A stretch of DNA of 42,359 bases from Tubiluchus corallicola (lineage: Eukaryota; Animalia; Priapulida), in contig JAQGDQ010001407.1 in NCBI GenBank assembly GCA_030141605.1, positions 1 to 42,359 of the forward strand, written 5' to 3'. Positions 1 to 12,672 of the stretch are shown here, piece by piece. The notes beneath the pieces are model-generated. The model did not search any database. It was given only the letters and a program-made list of their open reading frames with translations, and was not told the DNA's origin. Position 1 is the first letter of the stretch; each line of letters opens with the position of its first letter. A program made the position numbers and the translations under genes.

Positions 1-110
1 GGGTTTCATTGCTGTGCTTGGTATGGGGTTTCATTGCCTAAAATCATTGCTGTGCTTGGTATGGGGTTTCATTGCCTAAAATCATTGTTGTTCTTGGTAT
101 GGGGGTTTCA
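1..110. repeat. 38-bp tandem repeat, about 3 copies, cut by the window edge
   Basis: Unit tcattgctgtgcttggtatggggtttcattgcctaaaa at 6, 44 and 82. Confidence 0.85.
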
Positions 111-216
111 AAAAACAAAAAGCTACAGACCAGTCTGTATAGACGCCATAGGCCTAGCAAAGACTTTCTCGTTTAATGTTCAAAATAATCATTAGATTTT
201 GTAAAGTGAGACGTAC

Positions 217-453
217 CATTTTTGTTTTTTTTCTTAGAATTTACAACGTAGATGAATGCATCGGCCTTCCTTGCCAGATCTTTCATTGCAGGAGTCGGTT
301 GATAGTCATCGCTGCCCTCTTCCTGTAAGAGCAAACGATTGTTCTCGTGTCGTCTGTTGCCCGCTTGTTCTCTGACTCGCTTCGTATTCGAGTACAGTGT
401 GACGAGGTTGAATCTGTACGAGTTCATCTTCACGTAAATCCCAGCACCAATTC
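217..453 (-). CDS. FBXO4: FBXO4 exon 4 (GTPase-like substrate-binding domain); gene continues left of window
   Basis: Acceptor gtag|GA, donor G|gtacgt; GIGAG...FNLVTLYSNTKRVRE...DAFIYVVN resembles FBXO4 GIGSG...FNILILYSTTRKER...DGFIYVAN. Confidence 0.88.
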
Positions 454-1471
454 CTACATCAGTTGGAGAGAATATTAATAAATGTTTACAGAGGCGTATC
501 AAGACTTTTTGGCATCCTAGGCTAATAGTTCTGTCCCATCCATATCTATTGTAATGAGCAGATTAAACAGTTAATTGTGGTGTATTTTAACCTAGTTTCT
601 ACTAGTACCCAGTTATTAATTACTTGTATTATATTCAAGCGGGCTGCGCAAAAGATTGTTGTGTAATACCTTGCACCTGTTCGTTATGTGACACCTATAT
701 AAAAGCTTTGCTCAGTAACTGCCTGTGGTGTGTTATAAAATATACCCTTTACATGAATATGAAAGTATACACATTTTCCTAAGAGTTTGGTGCCCTTGGC
801 TATAGGCTAGTTATCCTATTGGTTAATACGCCATTGAAAGTTTACTGTTTAGTGATATCTCATTTCACCCAGGAATAAAAATATTGCTAAAAACTGGCAG
901 ATAACTTACGGTATGAGGACGTTGAAAGACTGACTAAAAACTAAGCAAATAGCATACACAGCAGATGGCAGCACCATACACAAACTAAGCAAACAAGCCT
1001 ACTGGCCTAATGAGTTAACCAGACATAATTATGAGGAAATCAGAATCAGATAAACCTTTCCTAAGCACATGTGAATAGACACAAAGCTAAATGAACTTTA
1101 GATTACAGAAGTAATGACGATTTCTCGTCGATTCTAACATGTATGTGTTTCTACACATGTCTAGTTTTCTCTATATTCATAGTTTTGAATCTATTTTTCT
1201 CTTTTTATTCATAATTTTGAAGAAAAACGTAATCAACACACAAATTTCTTAAGATTGCTTTACATTGGTCCTAACCTAAAAGTTTCTCATATTTGTCATA
1301 TAAGACCCTGCCAACCCTGCTAAAGTGAACTCGCACCAAGTCGGAGTCTCGAACTGATGTGTGATTTAACACAGCTTCACGAACATTTGCACGCACGCGC
1401 AAACACGCACTTTAAAGTAAGCAAGTCATAGATGTGCACAATTATGGCCAAACGTGTGGTAAGTTTCTCAC

Positions 1472-1698
1472 CATTTTGGTCGCCGGCCGAGAATCCGACG
1501 ACGTTGAACATGTCATTCACCTCGAATAACATCTTTCTGACGATGCCCTTAGTATCCTGATCCTCCAAACCCGGTCCGAACATGATCACCTTAGGTAGTT
1601 GCCATGGTATCAGTGACCGGAAGAAGCTGCTCAGGTGATGTATGGTGATGTTCTCGTGTCGTCGGAGTTTGTTGACTTCAGGAGAACATCTGAGGTAT
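1472..1698 (-). CDS. FBXO4: FBXO4 exon 3
   Basis: Acceptor ttcag|A TAC CTC, donor G|gtgaga; phases fit. Encodes YLRCSPE...PKVIMFGPGLE; MFGPGLE is a motif I recognise from FBXO4. Confidence 0.9.
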
Positions 1699-1734
1699 CT
1701 GAATTACAACATTTGCAAAAAATACATCAGTTTA

Positions 1735-2681
1735 TGAATGATGAATGTAGGTGGCAGCAACAGTGTCTTCCTAAGGACCACGTAAATTCAGTTTCTGATT
1801 GACAAAATCTGAATGATGAATGTAGGTGGCGACACCAGTGTTTTTTTAAGGACCACGTAAATTCAGTTTATGATTGACAAAATCTGAATGATTAATGTAG
1901 GTGGCGACACCGGTGTCTTCCTAAGGACCACGTAAATTCAGTCTCTGATAGACAAAATCTGAATGATGAATGTAGGTGGCGACACTAGTGACTTCCTAAG
2001 GACCACGTATATTCAGTTTATGATTGACAAAATCTGAATGATGAATGTAGGTGGCGACACCAGTGTGTTCCTAAGGACCACGTAAATTCAGTTTCTGATT
2101 GACAAAATCTGAATGATTAATGTAGGTGGCGACACCAGTGTTTTCCTAAGGAGCACGTAAATTCAGTTTATGATAGACAAAATCTGAATGATGAATGTAG
2201 GTGGCGACACCAGTGTCTTCCTAAGGGCCACGTAAATTCAGTTTATGATTGACAAAATCTGAATGATGAATGTAGGTGGCGACACCAGTGTCTTCCTAAG
2301 GACCACGTAAATTCAGTTTATGATAGACGAAATCCGAATGATGAATGTAGGTGGCGACACCAGTGCCTTCCTAAGGACCACGTAAATTCAGTTTCTGATT
2401 GACAAAATCTGAATGATGAATGTAGGTGGCGACACCAGTGTCTTCTTAAGGAGGACGTAAATTCAGTTTCTGATTGACAAAATCTGAATGATGAATGTAG
2501 GTGGCGACACCAGTGTCTTCCTGAGGAGGACGTAAATTCAGTTCATGATAGACAAAATCTGAATGATGAATGTAGGTGGCGACACCAGTGTCTTCCTAAG
2601 GACCACGTAAATTCAGTTTCTGATTGACACAATCTGAATGATGAATGTAGGTGGCGACACCAGTGTATCCCCACGTAAATT
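1735..2681. repeat. 75-bp minisatellite, about 12.5 copies, FBXO4 intron 2
   Basis: Unit tctgaatgatgaatgtaggtggcgacaccagtgtcttcctaaggaccacgtaaattcagtttctgattgacaaaa; register repeats every 300 bp (4 units). Confidence 0.97.
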
Positions 2682-3463
2682 AATCATATAAGAGGTCATT
2701 TTAAAAGTACCAGGCGGGTTGAATAGGACGAATAAGAGTGAAGAAAGAAAACGTGGCATTATGCCAACTCGAGTAGGGTTTGTTATCAACTTTATAAAAT
2801 GGGTGCAGTCACAATGACATAATGACAACTCGAGTAGGATTTGTTATCAACTTTATAAAATGGGTGCAGTCACAATAACATTTACGGTGCGATACAATTT
2901 AATCTCGAGAGCGTAATTTTGTAGATTTTAATTTAGTACTTTTGTTAGATAAAAATTGAATTGCAGTTATAAGTTGTGACAGAAGTAGGCTTTGCAAACT
3001 GAGATGCGACATCGTAGCCTCTTGATTAGTACGTAAATGTACTCCCATAATTAGTGTGCAAATTATTTTATTCCTTATTTGTGATGTTTTGGATGATTCC
3101 TAGGACTTTCTTTCATACACTATGGCCCAAATGCGAGGTCAGTTTTTCATCAAGTGCGAGGTCAGTTTTTCATCAAGTGTGGTCTTAAGGGAATGGGATA
3201 CCAGGTTGTCTCGTACTGTTTTGTCATTCTGATATCTTTTACTGCCAGTCACTGGCACCTTTTTCACATGAACTTAGTGTCCTGAAGTTAATGTCAATCA
3301 AAAATCCTGATACTAGCAACAAATCAAAAACTACACTGTTGAGAATTGAACTCACGAACTTTAGATTATGAGACTTTACTCTTAACTGATCAAACTAACA
3401 TTATGCCTCGCATCGTTACATTTCCTTCAGTGTAATAAACACTTACTGAGTACTGCAACTCAC

Positions 3464-3675
3464 ATTTCTTTAGTCGACCAATCAGATTCAACCTCGGCAT
3501 ACATGTCAGGGTTGGTCAAACTACCAATCACATCCCAGGAATGGATGTCTCTGTTTAAATGGGTTCTCCACAGCATGTTATCACAGGAGAGCATGTTCCA
3601 TTGTTTTGACACCACGGCCACGTTGCACAGTTCAGCTGAAGTCAAGAATGACAAGATGTGTAGTTGAACTTGTAC
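3464..3675 (-). CDS. FBXO4: FBXO4 exon 2, F-box domain
   Basis: Acceptor ttttgcag|GTA, donor AT|gtgagt; encodes VQVQLHILSFLTSAELCNVAVVSKQWNMLSCDNMLWR, a canonical F-box. Confidence 0.9.
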
Positions 3676-3857
3676 CTGCAAAATAAAACCATCATCATTG
3701 CCGTCATCAACAATAACAACTACAAAACCACAAATATGCATTATGTTAATTATAAGCATTGAACATTTAAAAATAAAAGTTGTCCTCATTAGGGTAAGAG
3801 AGACGCAATTAATTCTATGTCAAGTTTTGTAACTAAACTTGCCCGAATTAAAGTCAG

Positions 3858-3929
3858 GAACGGCCTGGATTTGAACCAGGTACCTTTCACTTGAAAGATG
3901 AATGTCACAACCACTAGACTACATTCCTC
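3858..3929 (-). mobile_element. tRNA-derived SINE head or tRNA pseudogene (Glu-TTC-like arm)
   Basis: Box A TAGTCTAGTGG, arm TTCAT-CTTTCAA-GTGAA, box B GGTTCAAATCC; acceptor stem does not pair. Confidence 0.55.
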
Positions 3930-4385
3930 AGTAATTTAATTCAGTCCATATGGCTGGGAAACCAATTCAGTATTGAACATTTTCGAGATAAATTTACCTA
4001 TGCTAGAAAAATTGCTAATTAAATATATTATTTTGAATTCAGTTTTGAAATCTGCAAGAAATAATCCACGGGTAATTAATTAATACTTAATAAATTTAAT
4101 TTTTCGAGATTATTGCACATAAATGATGGAATAAATCCAAAGAATTTGATGGATTTTGAAACCGACCCAAACATGCATAAAGAAAGTTCAGGAGATGCTA
4201 GAGCTAGGTCCATACTGTTTTGTGCTTTATCAGCACCACTTCCGTTATATAGAAACTTCAGCTAATGAACACATAGTTTACAAACATATGTACATCAATA
4301 ACATGAAAATACGTCAACTACTTCTGAGTTCTATTATACGTGTGAATGAAATTATGATCATATCGTATAACGTCAATTAAAACAT

Positions 4386-4587
4386 CATTACAGATGGCAG
4401 CACCATGCAATTTTTATCCACAAAATTTGTTTCGTCATGTGCCCTTCCGGCGGTTCCTTTAAGTCGAAACCACGTACCTCGCTTTTTGTACGAACTTCTT
4501 GCGCAAAAACTTAAAGGAACTGCCGGAAGGGCACATGACGAAACAAATTTTGTGGCTAAAAATTTCATGGTGCTGCCATCTGTAATG
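4386..4587. repeat. Long inverted repeat (79-bp arms, 44-bp spacer), fold-back MITE-like
   Basis: 4386-4464 is the reverse complement of 4509-4587 with few mismatches. Confidence 0.92.
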
Positions 4588-4875
4588 GAGAATTCAGATT
4601 AAATGTCACGAGGCGAGGGTGTATATCATGTGAATAGAACACTTGTGCGCTTTCTATTAATTATTATAAGTATTTTATGACACGTAATTATTATTATAAA
4701 ACTGCATGTTGCTTTCCGAATTGTAATTATTATAACTAATTTGCAACTAATTATAAATTTAACATAAGGAAGTATCGAATAATTAGCCTATATTTATTTG
4801 TTTAGATTGCAGGCACTAATTCAAAACTATTACCTATATTATTCAATATAAAACAATAAAAAATTTAAATAGGAA

Positions 4876-5575
4876 TGACAACAGCAACAATAAGAACAGT
4901 AGCAACAGCAACAGCGTCAATGACAGCAGAAGCATCAATAGCAACGATGGCTACAGCAACAAAACTAACAGATGCAGAACAACAATAGCAAACCAGCAAC
5001 AATAAGAACAGTAGGAACAGCAACAGCAACAGCGTCAATGACAGCAGAAGCATCAATAGCAACGATGGCTACAGCAACAAAACTAACAGATGCAGAATAA
5101 CAAAAGCAAGCCAACAACAATGACGACAACATCAATAGCAACACTGTCAATGACAGCAGCAACGCTAATAACAAACGATGACAATAGCGACAAAACTAAC
5201 AGCTGCAGAACAACAACAGAAAGCAAGCAACAATTACAGTAAGAACAATGACGACAACAACAATAGCAACACTGTCAATGACAGCAGCAGCGCCAATAAA
5301 TACAGTGAAAATAGCAACAAAACTAACAGCAGCACAACAACAATAGCAAGCAAGCAAGAATGACATATGAGAATAATGAAATAATGATGACAACAGCAGC
5401 AGCAGCAACAGCAACATCAATAGCAACAATGTCAATGACAGCAGCAACGTCAATAACAGCGACAACAATAGCAACAAAACTAACAGCTGCAGAACAGCAA
5501 CAGCAAGCAAGCAACAATGACGGTTGGAAGAACGACAACAGCAACAACAAAAACAAGTCAGCAACAATAAATCAA
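4876..5575. repeat. Degenerate CAA/CAG-rich low-complexity repeat with higher-order unit, FBXO4 intron 1
   Basis: Recurring gtcaatgacagcag and caaaactaacag motifs among (caa/cag/gca)n runs. Confidence 0.9.
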
Positions 5576-5629
5576 CACTACTTGTTCTCAGTGTGCCCAT
5601 GTTACTTACAAACCCATATTGTTACCTAC

Positions 5630-5896
5630 CGGCAAATAACTGAAGACATCATCATTATCATCACACGAAGTGGGACCCACTTTGTCATCACTCCTAGCTT
5701 TCATCAATTTATTCACGTATTGTTGTAAACCGCCTGTTGCACACACCGTCTCTAAATTGTACCTACTCAGCTCCTCCTGGTAGAGCTTGGGTAGTTCTAG
5801 CATTAGAGACATCGCTTCGTCTTGGAAAATCAGAGGTTCTTTTTCACAGGAAAACTGCACAACGCAATGACTATCTGTTCTAACATCAACAATCAT
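5630..5896 (-). CDS. FBXO4: FBXO4 coding exon 1 (start codon uncertain)
   Basis: ORF MIVDVRT...DDVFSYLP ends at donor CCG|GTAGGT and joins in phase 0 to the exon at 3675, giving F-box start FSYLP-VQVQLHILSFL. A downstream ATG (MSLMLE) is an alternative start. Confidence 0.7.
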
Positions 5897-7383
5897 TGTA
5901 GCAATGATATTAGAAAGACAGTAATCTTTAATGATTATGTGCCCCTTACAGAACTTGCGTCCGTGTACTAACTATCAGATTATTTGATAACTGCTATCCA
6001 ATACTCATGTTCTAAAATTCAAAATTTAATCTAAAAACGTGCATGATCCACTTATAACTCAGTTATAATCGAATTTTCTAATATAAAAGATATTAAAATA
6101 TCACAGATTCTGAAATCACGTTGTCCAAAGCCTTGCGTCACACACTAACCTACTCTTTGCTCAGCTAACAGGTGTATGAGTAAACAGTGTTGAACTGCAG
6201 CTAGAAACTCGTAACGTTCGACTGCCTCACGACGCCACGCGTTCTAGGTTACGTGTCCAGGTGAAACGTCAGTTTCCAGTAGTTACTTTGCACGTCGATA
6301 GATGGCGCGCGGAAGTTGAAAGTGTAAAGTACGTATAACTGTGTTGTTTACTGTGTTAATATATTTGTACTCTAGAAAGTGAAAGCAGAAACGTCAGTTC
6401 TGAGTAATTAGATAGTCGACAGATGGCGCGCAACAGGTGCAAGTGATAGAGTACATATATATTTACTGCATAATACGTTTTATGCTGTAAATATATAAGC
6501 ACTCTAGCACGTGGGCAGTTTTCACCATTAACTTTATGATTGTAAAAGCCAGGGCCAACAAATTGATTACATAACGTAAATTTTGCCAACCATTTTATAT
6601 AATGAAGAATTACACAATTGACAATAACACAAAAATTTATAAATTACGTGTACAATCAGAAACATTAATTTTTATTCCTTCATCCATGCGAATACTAATA
6701 ACCATTACAAAATCATGACTAGCTGCACAAAAATTAAAAAAAAATTATTTTTCGTAAAATGCTCTTGCAGTGGCATCATTAAAGATAACCTATGTGCTGT
6801 AAATTGCTAAAGTTAACATAATGGAATGTTACGGTAGACCTACATATATAAAATCAAATTTACATTAAAAATTAGTGGGGAGGACAAAAAATTAAATTAA
6901 AATGAAATCGTGGTCTTTCCACTTTCCTATGCAGTGGGAAATCAAACAATTCTTTTCTACATTAAAATTTCATAACAACAGTAAGTTCCTACCAATGCAT
7001 TAGCTGGAAATTACAACATAACCATGTCAATTTCTTGCAGGCATTATGCCCAGTTAACATGAAACTGCAATAACGGCTACGGCAAAAACAATAATATCAT
7101 GAATACATGTGCAGGGTGGTTCGCACCTTTTTGCTAGGGAGTACATAAACAAGTAATGATATAGAACAATTTATTACATCAAAGTATTGCCTAAGCAACA
7201 GCGAATCTATCAGGCCTTCAAAATTCGGCATAGAAGCCTCATATGTCTCGCACACCCTGAAGTCTTAAGAGGTATGATTGGAGCAGTAACTAGGAGAATT
7301 CAAGATCTTCCAACTCGTCATGCAAATGTTTCACAAGCTTTTCGGTTCAATACTGATCAATGGTATTTTTTATAATCTTAGCG

Positions 7384-8298
7384 TAGGGTTGTCAGATTAG
7401 AAAATTAGAAATACACGACACTCTTAAAATCTCTCTTTATATTAATATGCATATAAATTTATACATGCCTACACACCCAGACCAAAATATTATATAAAAG
7501 TAGTTGAAAACATGAAAACATAAAGCAAGGATTTTAATGGGTTACAGCAGGGGTGTGCAAATTATCTGACTAGCCGGGCCGCATTAAACTTTCCCGCAAT
7601 TCCTGCAGGTCACATGCAGTTTGATCAAGGAGCCAAGTACAGAAAGGCCTAATAACAATTTTGCATCTCACCTGCGTACATCATTACTACTACACTCAAG
7701 AAACTATTTTAGAAGTTATTAAAATTTCTATTACAAACCATATATTTCTACTTTCAGGACAGATAGTGGTAATTTCATTACAATGCATATTAGTAATGTG
7801 TATCACACAGTCTGTGTAGTACAGTGACATTAAGCTACAACCGTCTTGTAAGGGTTAATGGCATCCGATCTAGTAGAAAAAACTACCCGCACTATCTTTG
7901 GGATCGTGGCACGGACTTGAGCTGGATACACTCAATTAATCGCCCGGGCCGCACTTTCATTAGGTTGACAAATCTCTTCGCGGGACGCACAAATTCTCTT
8001 GGCGGGCCGCAATTTGCACATCCCTGGGTTACAGCTTAATACAGTTACAAGCTAAAGAAATTCTGTAGAAGTGAAATCATTTGGAAATATTTATTTAATA
8101 CTGACAACAGAGAAATTTTATTATTATTTAATACCGGAAATATAGAAAACTAAAAGAAGTTCTGAGAAAGTGAAATCATTGCAAAATGTTTTTTTATTAC
8201 GAAATTTGAAAATGAACTAAACACGGGTGTCCCCAAAAGGGGACAAAATTATCAAATATGGGACATGTCCCGTATATCAGGGACGTCTGCCAACCCTA
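7384..8298. mobile_element. Older hAT (Blackjack-like) non-autonomous element hosting MITE A
   Basis: TIR tagggttgtcaga / tctgccaacccta, subterminal GGGAC motifs; degenerate TSD tcttagcg/ccttagta. Confidence 0.65.
7548..8026. mobile_element. hAT-type MITE, family A copy 1
   Basis: TIR caggggtgtgcaaatt / aatttgcacatccctg; perfect 8-bp TSD ggttacag; near-identical copy at 27756. Confidence 0.93.
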
Positions 8299-8630
8299 CC
8301 TTAGTATTCACACTGTCTTTTGGGATAGTTACAGTATCTTTGGCGGGATTAATGTCAGGTGAATTTCTAGATTTATTAGTTCGACCAAAAAATCAGTAGT
8401 GTAACAGTAACTTGTTTCCGTACCCGTAGGCAAAGGGTTACATACTAACCCGGCATTTCCTGAACGTTTTCCAAAGATATACTGAATAAATGTGCACACT
8501 GATATTATATGTGACTGTTGTTTCTGGTTCATGTCATTTTAGATCATTTGAAAATGCATTTATACCACAATCTGATATGATCATTATATATACTAACGAT
8601 ATATACTATATATATGAATACATATATATT

Positions 8631-8810
8631 CCCAGTGCAGTACAATTTTAATTATTTTAATTTTAATTAAAATCTTTTATGATAACGATAGTGTATGAAA
8701 TATAACAATTTTATACAGTAAGATGTAATAATTTTGATGTCACTGTGTGCTTAATGTCATTATATTGTACTGAATGTGACAATAATAAACTAAAAAAAAA
8801 AACTAAAAAA
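8631..8810 (+). mobile_element. Short 3' terminal fragment of the same LINE family as 36976-37560
   Basis: cactgtgtgcttaatgtcattatattgtactgaatgtga...aataaactaaa is the reverse complement of about 36980-37130. Confidence 0.7.
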
Positions 8811-9233
8811 AATAAGTCTAAGTGCATTATTATCATCGTTTAAAATATCGAAAATGATTGGAAAAACTTAGTTATACACGACACAAAATTACCATGGTAT
8901 CATTTGCAGTGATTGAATTATTCTCAAAAGAGACTAGCTACAATTGTGAGACACAAATTACTATAACCAATCTTGTACAACACAACCACGGTGGTATACT
9001 TAAAATATTACTGCAATAAAATACTGTTACATTTATAATAAAGAAGATGATAACAATATGGTAATTATTAAAAATAGATAACAATAATAAGTAAATGCAG
9101 AGTTTGACGTAGACAATGTTGAGCCATTATCTAACAGTAGTGCAAAGATGCTAGTTTAATTACTATATAGGATTGCAGTTGTGCAGTTTTCCATCGTCAG
9201 AATGGCAGACAAAACTCAATTGCCTACCATTAT

Positions 9234-10225
9234 ATGTGTGCTTGCGTAGCAAAATCATGCATAAGTCGGCAATAAAGCTTTTCTAGTTATTCACATATCA
9301 TGAATCTGCATTTCATGAGGATCATTTTGATACCAAGTTCATCACTCCATGTTATTTCTAAGCTGAGATAATCCATGTTGAAGTTGAGGTGCAGGCTGCA
9401 CACTGAAAAACATAACCTTGAGAAAATCACTGTTAAAGTCAGCCTCCGTTTTTTGTCGCGTTTCTACAAAACACTTAGCAACCGTACAAAAGTGTGGTTG
9501 CTACGGACTTTGCAAGAACACATTGAAGTTATGTTTAAATCCAGTAGATGGCTCTTCCTGATGAAGATCTGGGCTTGGCAACAGAAAAAACATGAAGCAA
9601 AATAACTGCTTCCGCGAGCTACTATTGGAGTTTGAAAATACTAGTTTTTTACAATTGCAGCACTAGTTTCCAACCAGAAAAGTGGGTACGGTTATAAAAT
9701 TAGATTTTTAGTATTTTTTAAACAATTTCTTGACAATTTGGTGCTAGAATATTAAAGTCCAACATATTTAGGGTTTGTTTTTATAAAAAAAGAGCAAATT
9801 TTTGGTACATTCTACTTTAAAGCATCATAACGTAGTTTTAGCTATGCCGACCAAATTTTTGGTACATTCTACTTTGAAGCATCACAACATAGTTTTAGCT
9901 ATGCCGACCAAATTTTTGGGACATTCTACTTTGAAGCATCATAACATAGTTTTAGCTATGCCGACCAAAATTTTGGTACATTCTACTTTGAAGCATCATA
10001 ACATAGTTTTAGCTATGCCGACCAAATTTTTGGTGCATTCTACTTTGAAGCGTCATAACACAGTTTTAGCTATGCTGACCAAATTTTTGGTGCATTCTAC
10101 TTTGAAGCGTCATAACACAGTTTTTGCTATGCCGACCAAATTTTTGGTGCATTCTACTTTGAAGCGTCATAACGTAGTTTTAGCTATGCCGACTTATGGG
10201 ACGTTTTAGGTTTGCAAGCACACAT
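9234..10225. mobile_element. Non-autonomous element with imperfect bipartite TIRs and an internal 57-bp array
   Basis: Ends atgtgtgcttgc...cataagtcggca and tgccgacttatg...gcaagcacacat are inverted; a diverged inverted copy lies at 17440-18007. Confidence 0.8.
9797..10195. repeat. 57-bp minisatellite, about 7 copies
   Basis: Unit aatttttggtacattctactttgaagcatcataacatagttttagctatgccgacca. Confidence 0.95.
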
Positions 10226-10596
10226 TGCAAAACCACACAATGTGAAAATGACTTGCTTATTTCCAAACAAATGAAATGTTCCAAAAATAAATCTGTGAAC
10301 CTTCCTGTTAAAATTCCACAACTTGTTTTTGATTCTGTTAGCACATGATTATTACAAAGTCTTAAAAACACCATCAAAACATCAATAACAAAATATAAAA
10401 TATTAACTTAACGACGTGAGCAAGGAGTAACGTTTAAAAATATAATTCATACCCGATTTCATGCAGAAAATGTAGAGCGAATCGCCATCGTAGCTTACGT
10501 TGCAAAATTAGGATAAAATTTGCTGTTCACATGACATAAGGACCGAATCTGTACCAATTTTGCATTTGATAAGCAAAAATTGAAAACACGAATTCA

Positions 10597-12130
10597 GGAA
10601 CAGAAGCGAAACTTGACACGGTATCACTACTGGGACAGAAGCCAGACTTGACACAGTCTACCACTACTGGGACAGAAGCCAGACTTGACACAGTCTATCA
10701 CTACTGGGACAGAAGCCAGACTTGACACGATCTACCACTACTGGGACATAAGCTAGACTTGACACGATCTACCACTACTGGGACAGAAGCCAGACTTGAC
10801 ATAGTCTACCACTACTGGAACAGAAGCCAGACTTGACACGATCTACCACTACTGGGACATAAGCTAGACTTGACACGATCTACCACTACTGGGACAGAAG
10901 CCAGACTTTTCACAGTCTACCACTACTGGGACAGAAGCCAGACTTGACACGATCTACCACTACTGGGACAGAAGCCAGACTTGACACGATCTACCACTAC
11001 TGGGACAGAAGCCAGACTTATCACAGTCTACCACTACTGGGACATAAGCTAGACTTGACACGATCTACCACTACTGGGACAGAAGCCAGACTTGACACGA
11101 TCTACCACTACTGGGACAGAAGCCAGATTTGACACAATCTACCACTACTGGGACAGAAGCCAGACTTGACATAGTCTACCACTACTGGGACAGAAGCCAG
11201 ACTTGACACAGTCTATCACTACTGGAACAGAAGCCAGACTTGACACAGTCTATCACTACTGGGACAGAAGCTAGACTTGACAAGATCTACCACTACTGGG
11301 ACAGAAGCCAGACTTATCACAGTCTACCACTACTGGGACAGAAGCCAGACTTGACACGATCTACCACTACTGGGACAGAAGCCAGATTTGACACAGTCTA
11401 CCACTACTGGGACATAAGCTAGACTTGACACAGTCTACCACTACTGGAACAGAAGCCAGACTTGACATAGTCTACCACTACTGGAACAGAAGCCAGACTT
11501 GACACAGTCTACCACTACTGGAACAGAAGCCAGACTTGACACGATCTACCACTACTGGGACATAAGCTAGACTTGACACGATCTACCACTACTGGGACAG
11601 AAGCCAGACTTGACACGATCTACCACTACTGGGACAGAAGCCAGATTTGACACAATCTACCACTACTGGGACAGAAGCCAGACTTGACATAGTCTACCAC
11701 TACTGGGACAGAAGCCAGACTTGACATAGTCTACCACTACTGGAACAGAAGCCAGACTTGACACAATCTACCACTACTGGGACAGAAGCCAGACTTGACA
11801 TAGTCTACCACTACTGGGACAGAAGCCAGACTTGACAAGATCTACCACTACTGGGACAGAAGCCAGACTTATCACAGTCTACCACTACTGGGACAGAAGC
11901 CAGACTTGACACGATCTACCATTACTGGGACAGAAGCCAGACTTGACACAATCTACCACTACTGGGACAGAAGCCAGACTTGACACGATCTACCACTACA
12001 GGAACAGAAGCCAGACTTGACATGGCCTATCACTACAGTGACAGAAGCCAAACTTCACACAGTCTACCACTACTGGGACAGAAGCCAGACTTGACATGGT
12101 CTATCACTACAAGGACAGAAGCCAGACTTG
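10597..12130. repeat. 37-bp minisatellite, about 41 copies
   Basis: Unit gacttgacacagtctaccactactgggacagaagcca with recurring variants. Confidence 0.97.
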
Positions 12131-12672
12131 GTCTAAATGCACGAGATCGGTTTTAGTCTGGACTGAAGTTGCCGTTTAAATACTAATTTGCACTTCTCGA
12201 GCAAAATAGTGAAAATTCAGTGTAGAAATTTATCATCTATAATGATATTTTAAAAAGTTAGTAGACTTATTATTGGCACAAAAGTATCAATAACATATAA
12301 GGCTCAGCTGGAAAAACTAAAGACAGGCTTGTAAACGTGGAAAAACTCACAGCTGCTAAACGTTTTAAACCAAATTCGATCAAAAAAAAAGGAAATGCGT
12401 GAAAATTGGAATTGAACCCGAATTTGAACAAATGCGATTGGATTAATGATCCTAAGCAAAATTCATTGACAATACTGCTATTGTTTACGGTTTTTCCGGA
12501 ACGATTAGTCATAATACCAAATTATTGACAGTGTCCTTAGTGCTATAGCGGTCGCAGTAGTTTCATAAGTATAATATGTTCAACGGCTGAATAGAAAACT
12601 GTTTTTTTACCAAACAACAGACCAGAAACTCAAATGAAAAGTTGTGTTAAATGCTTAGCCCACTTGACTGTA

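Noticed and set aside
3858-3929. Functional tRNA-Glu gene
   Set aside because: The acceptor stem cannot form; only boxes A and B and one arm remain.
4377-4602. Near-identical ORFs on opposite strands
   Set aside because: A direct consequence of the 79-bp inverted repeat.
4865-5600. Leu/Ala/Val-rich and Gln/Asn/Thr-rich ORFs
   Set aside because: Translations of a CAA/CAG low-complexity intronic repeat, open in several frames.
7824-8039. 71-aa ORF repeated at 28035-28238
   Set aside because: Lies within two copies of a non-coding MITE; no transposase similarity.
9802-11422. Repetitive ORFs (VHSTLKHHN..., TTTGTEARLD...)
   Set aside because: By-products of minisatellite units; non-ATG starts and no splice context.
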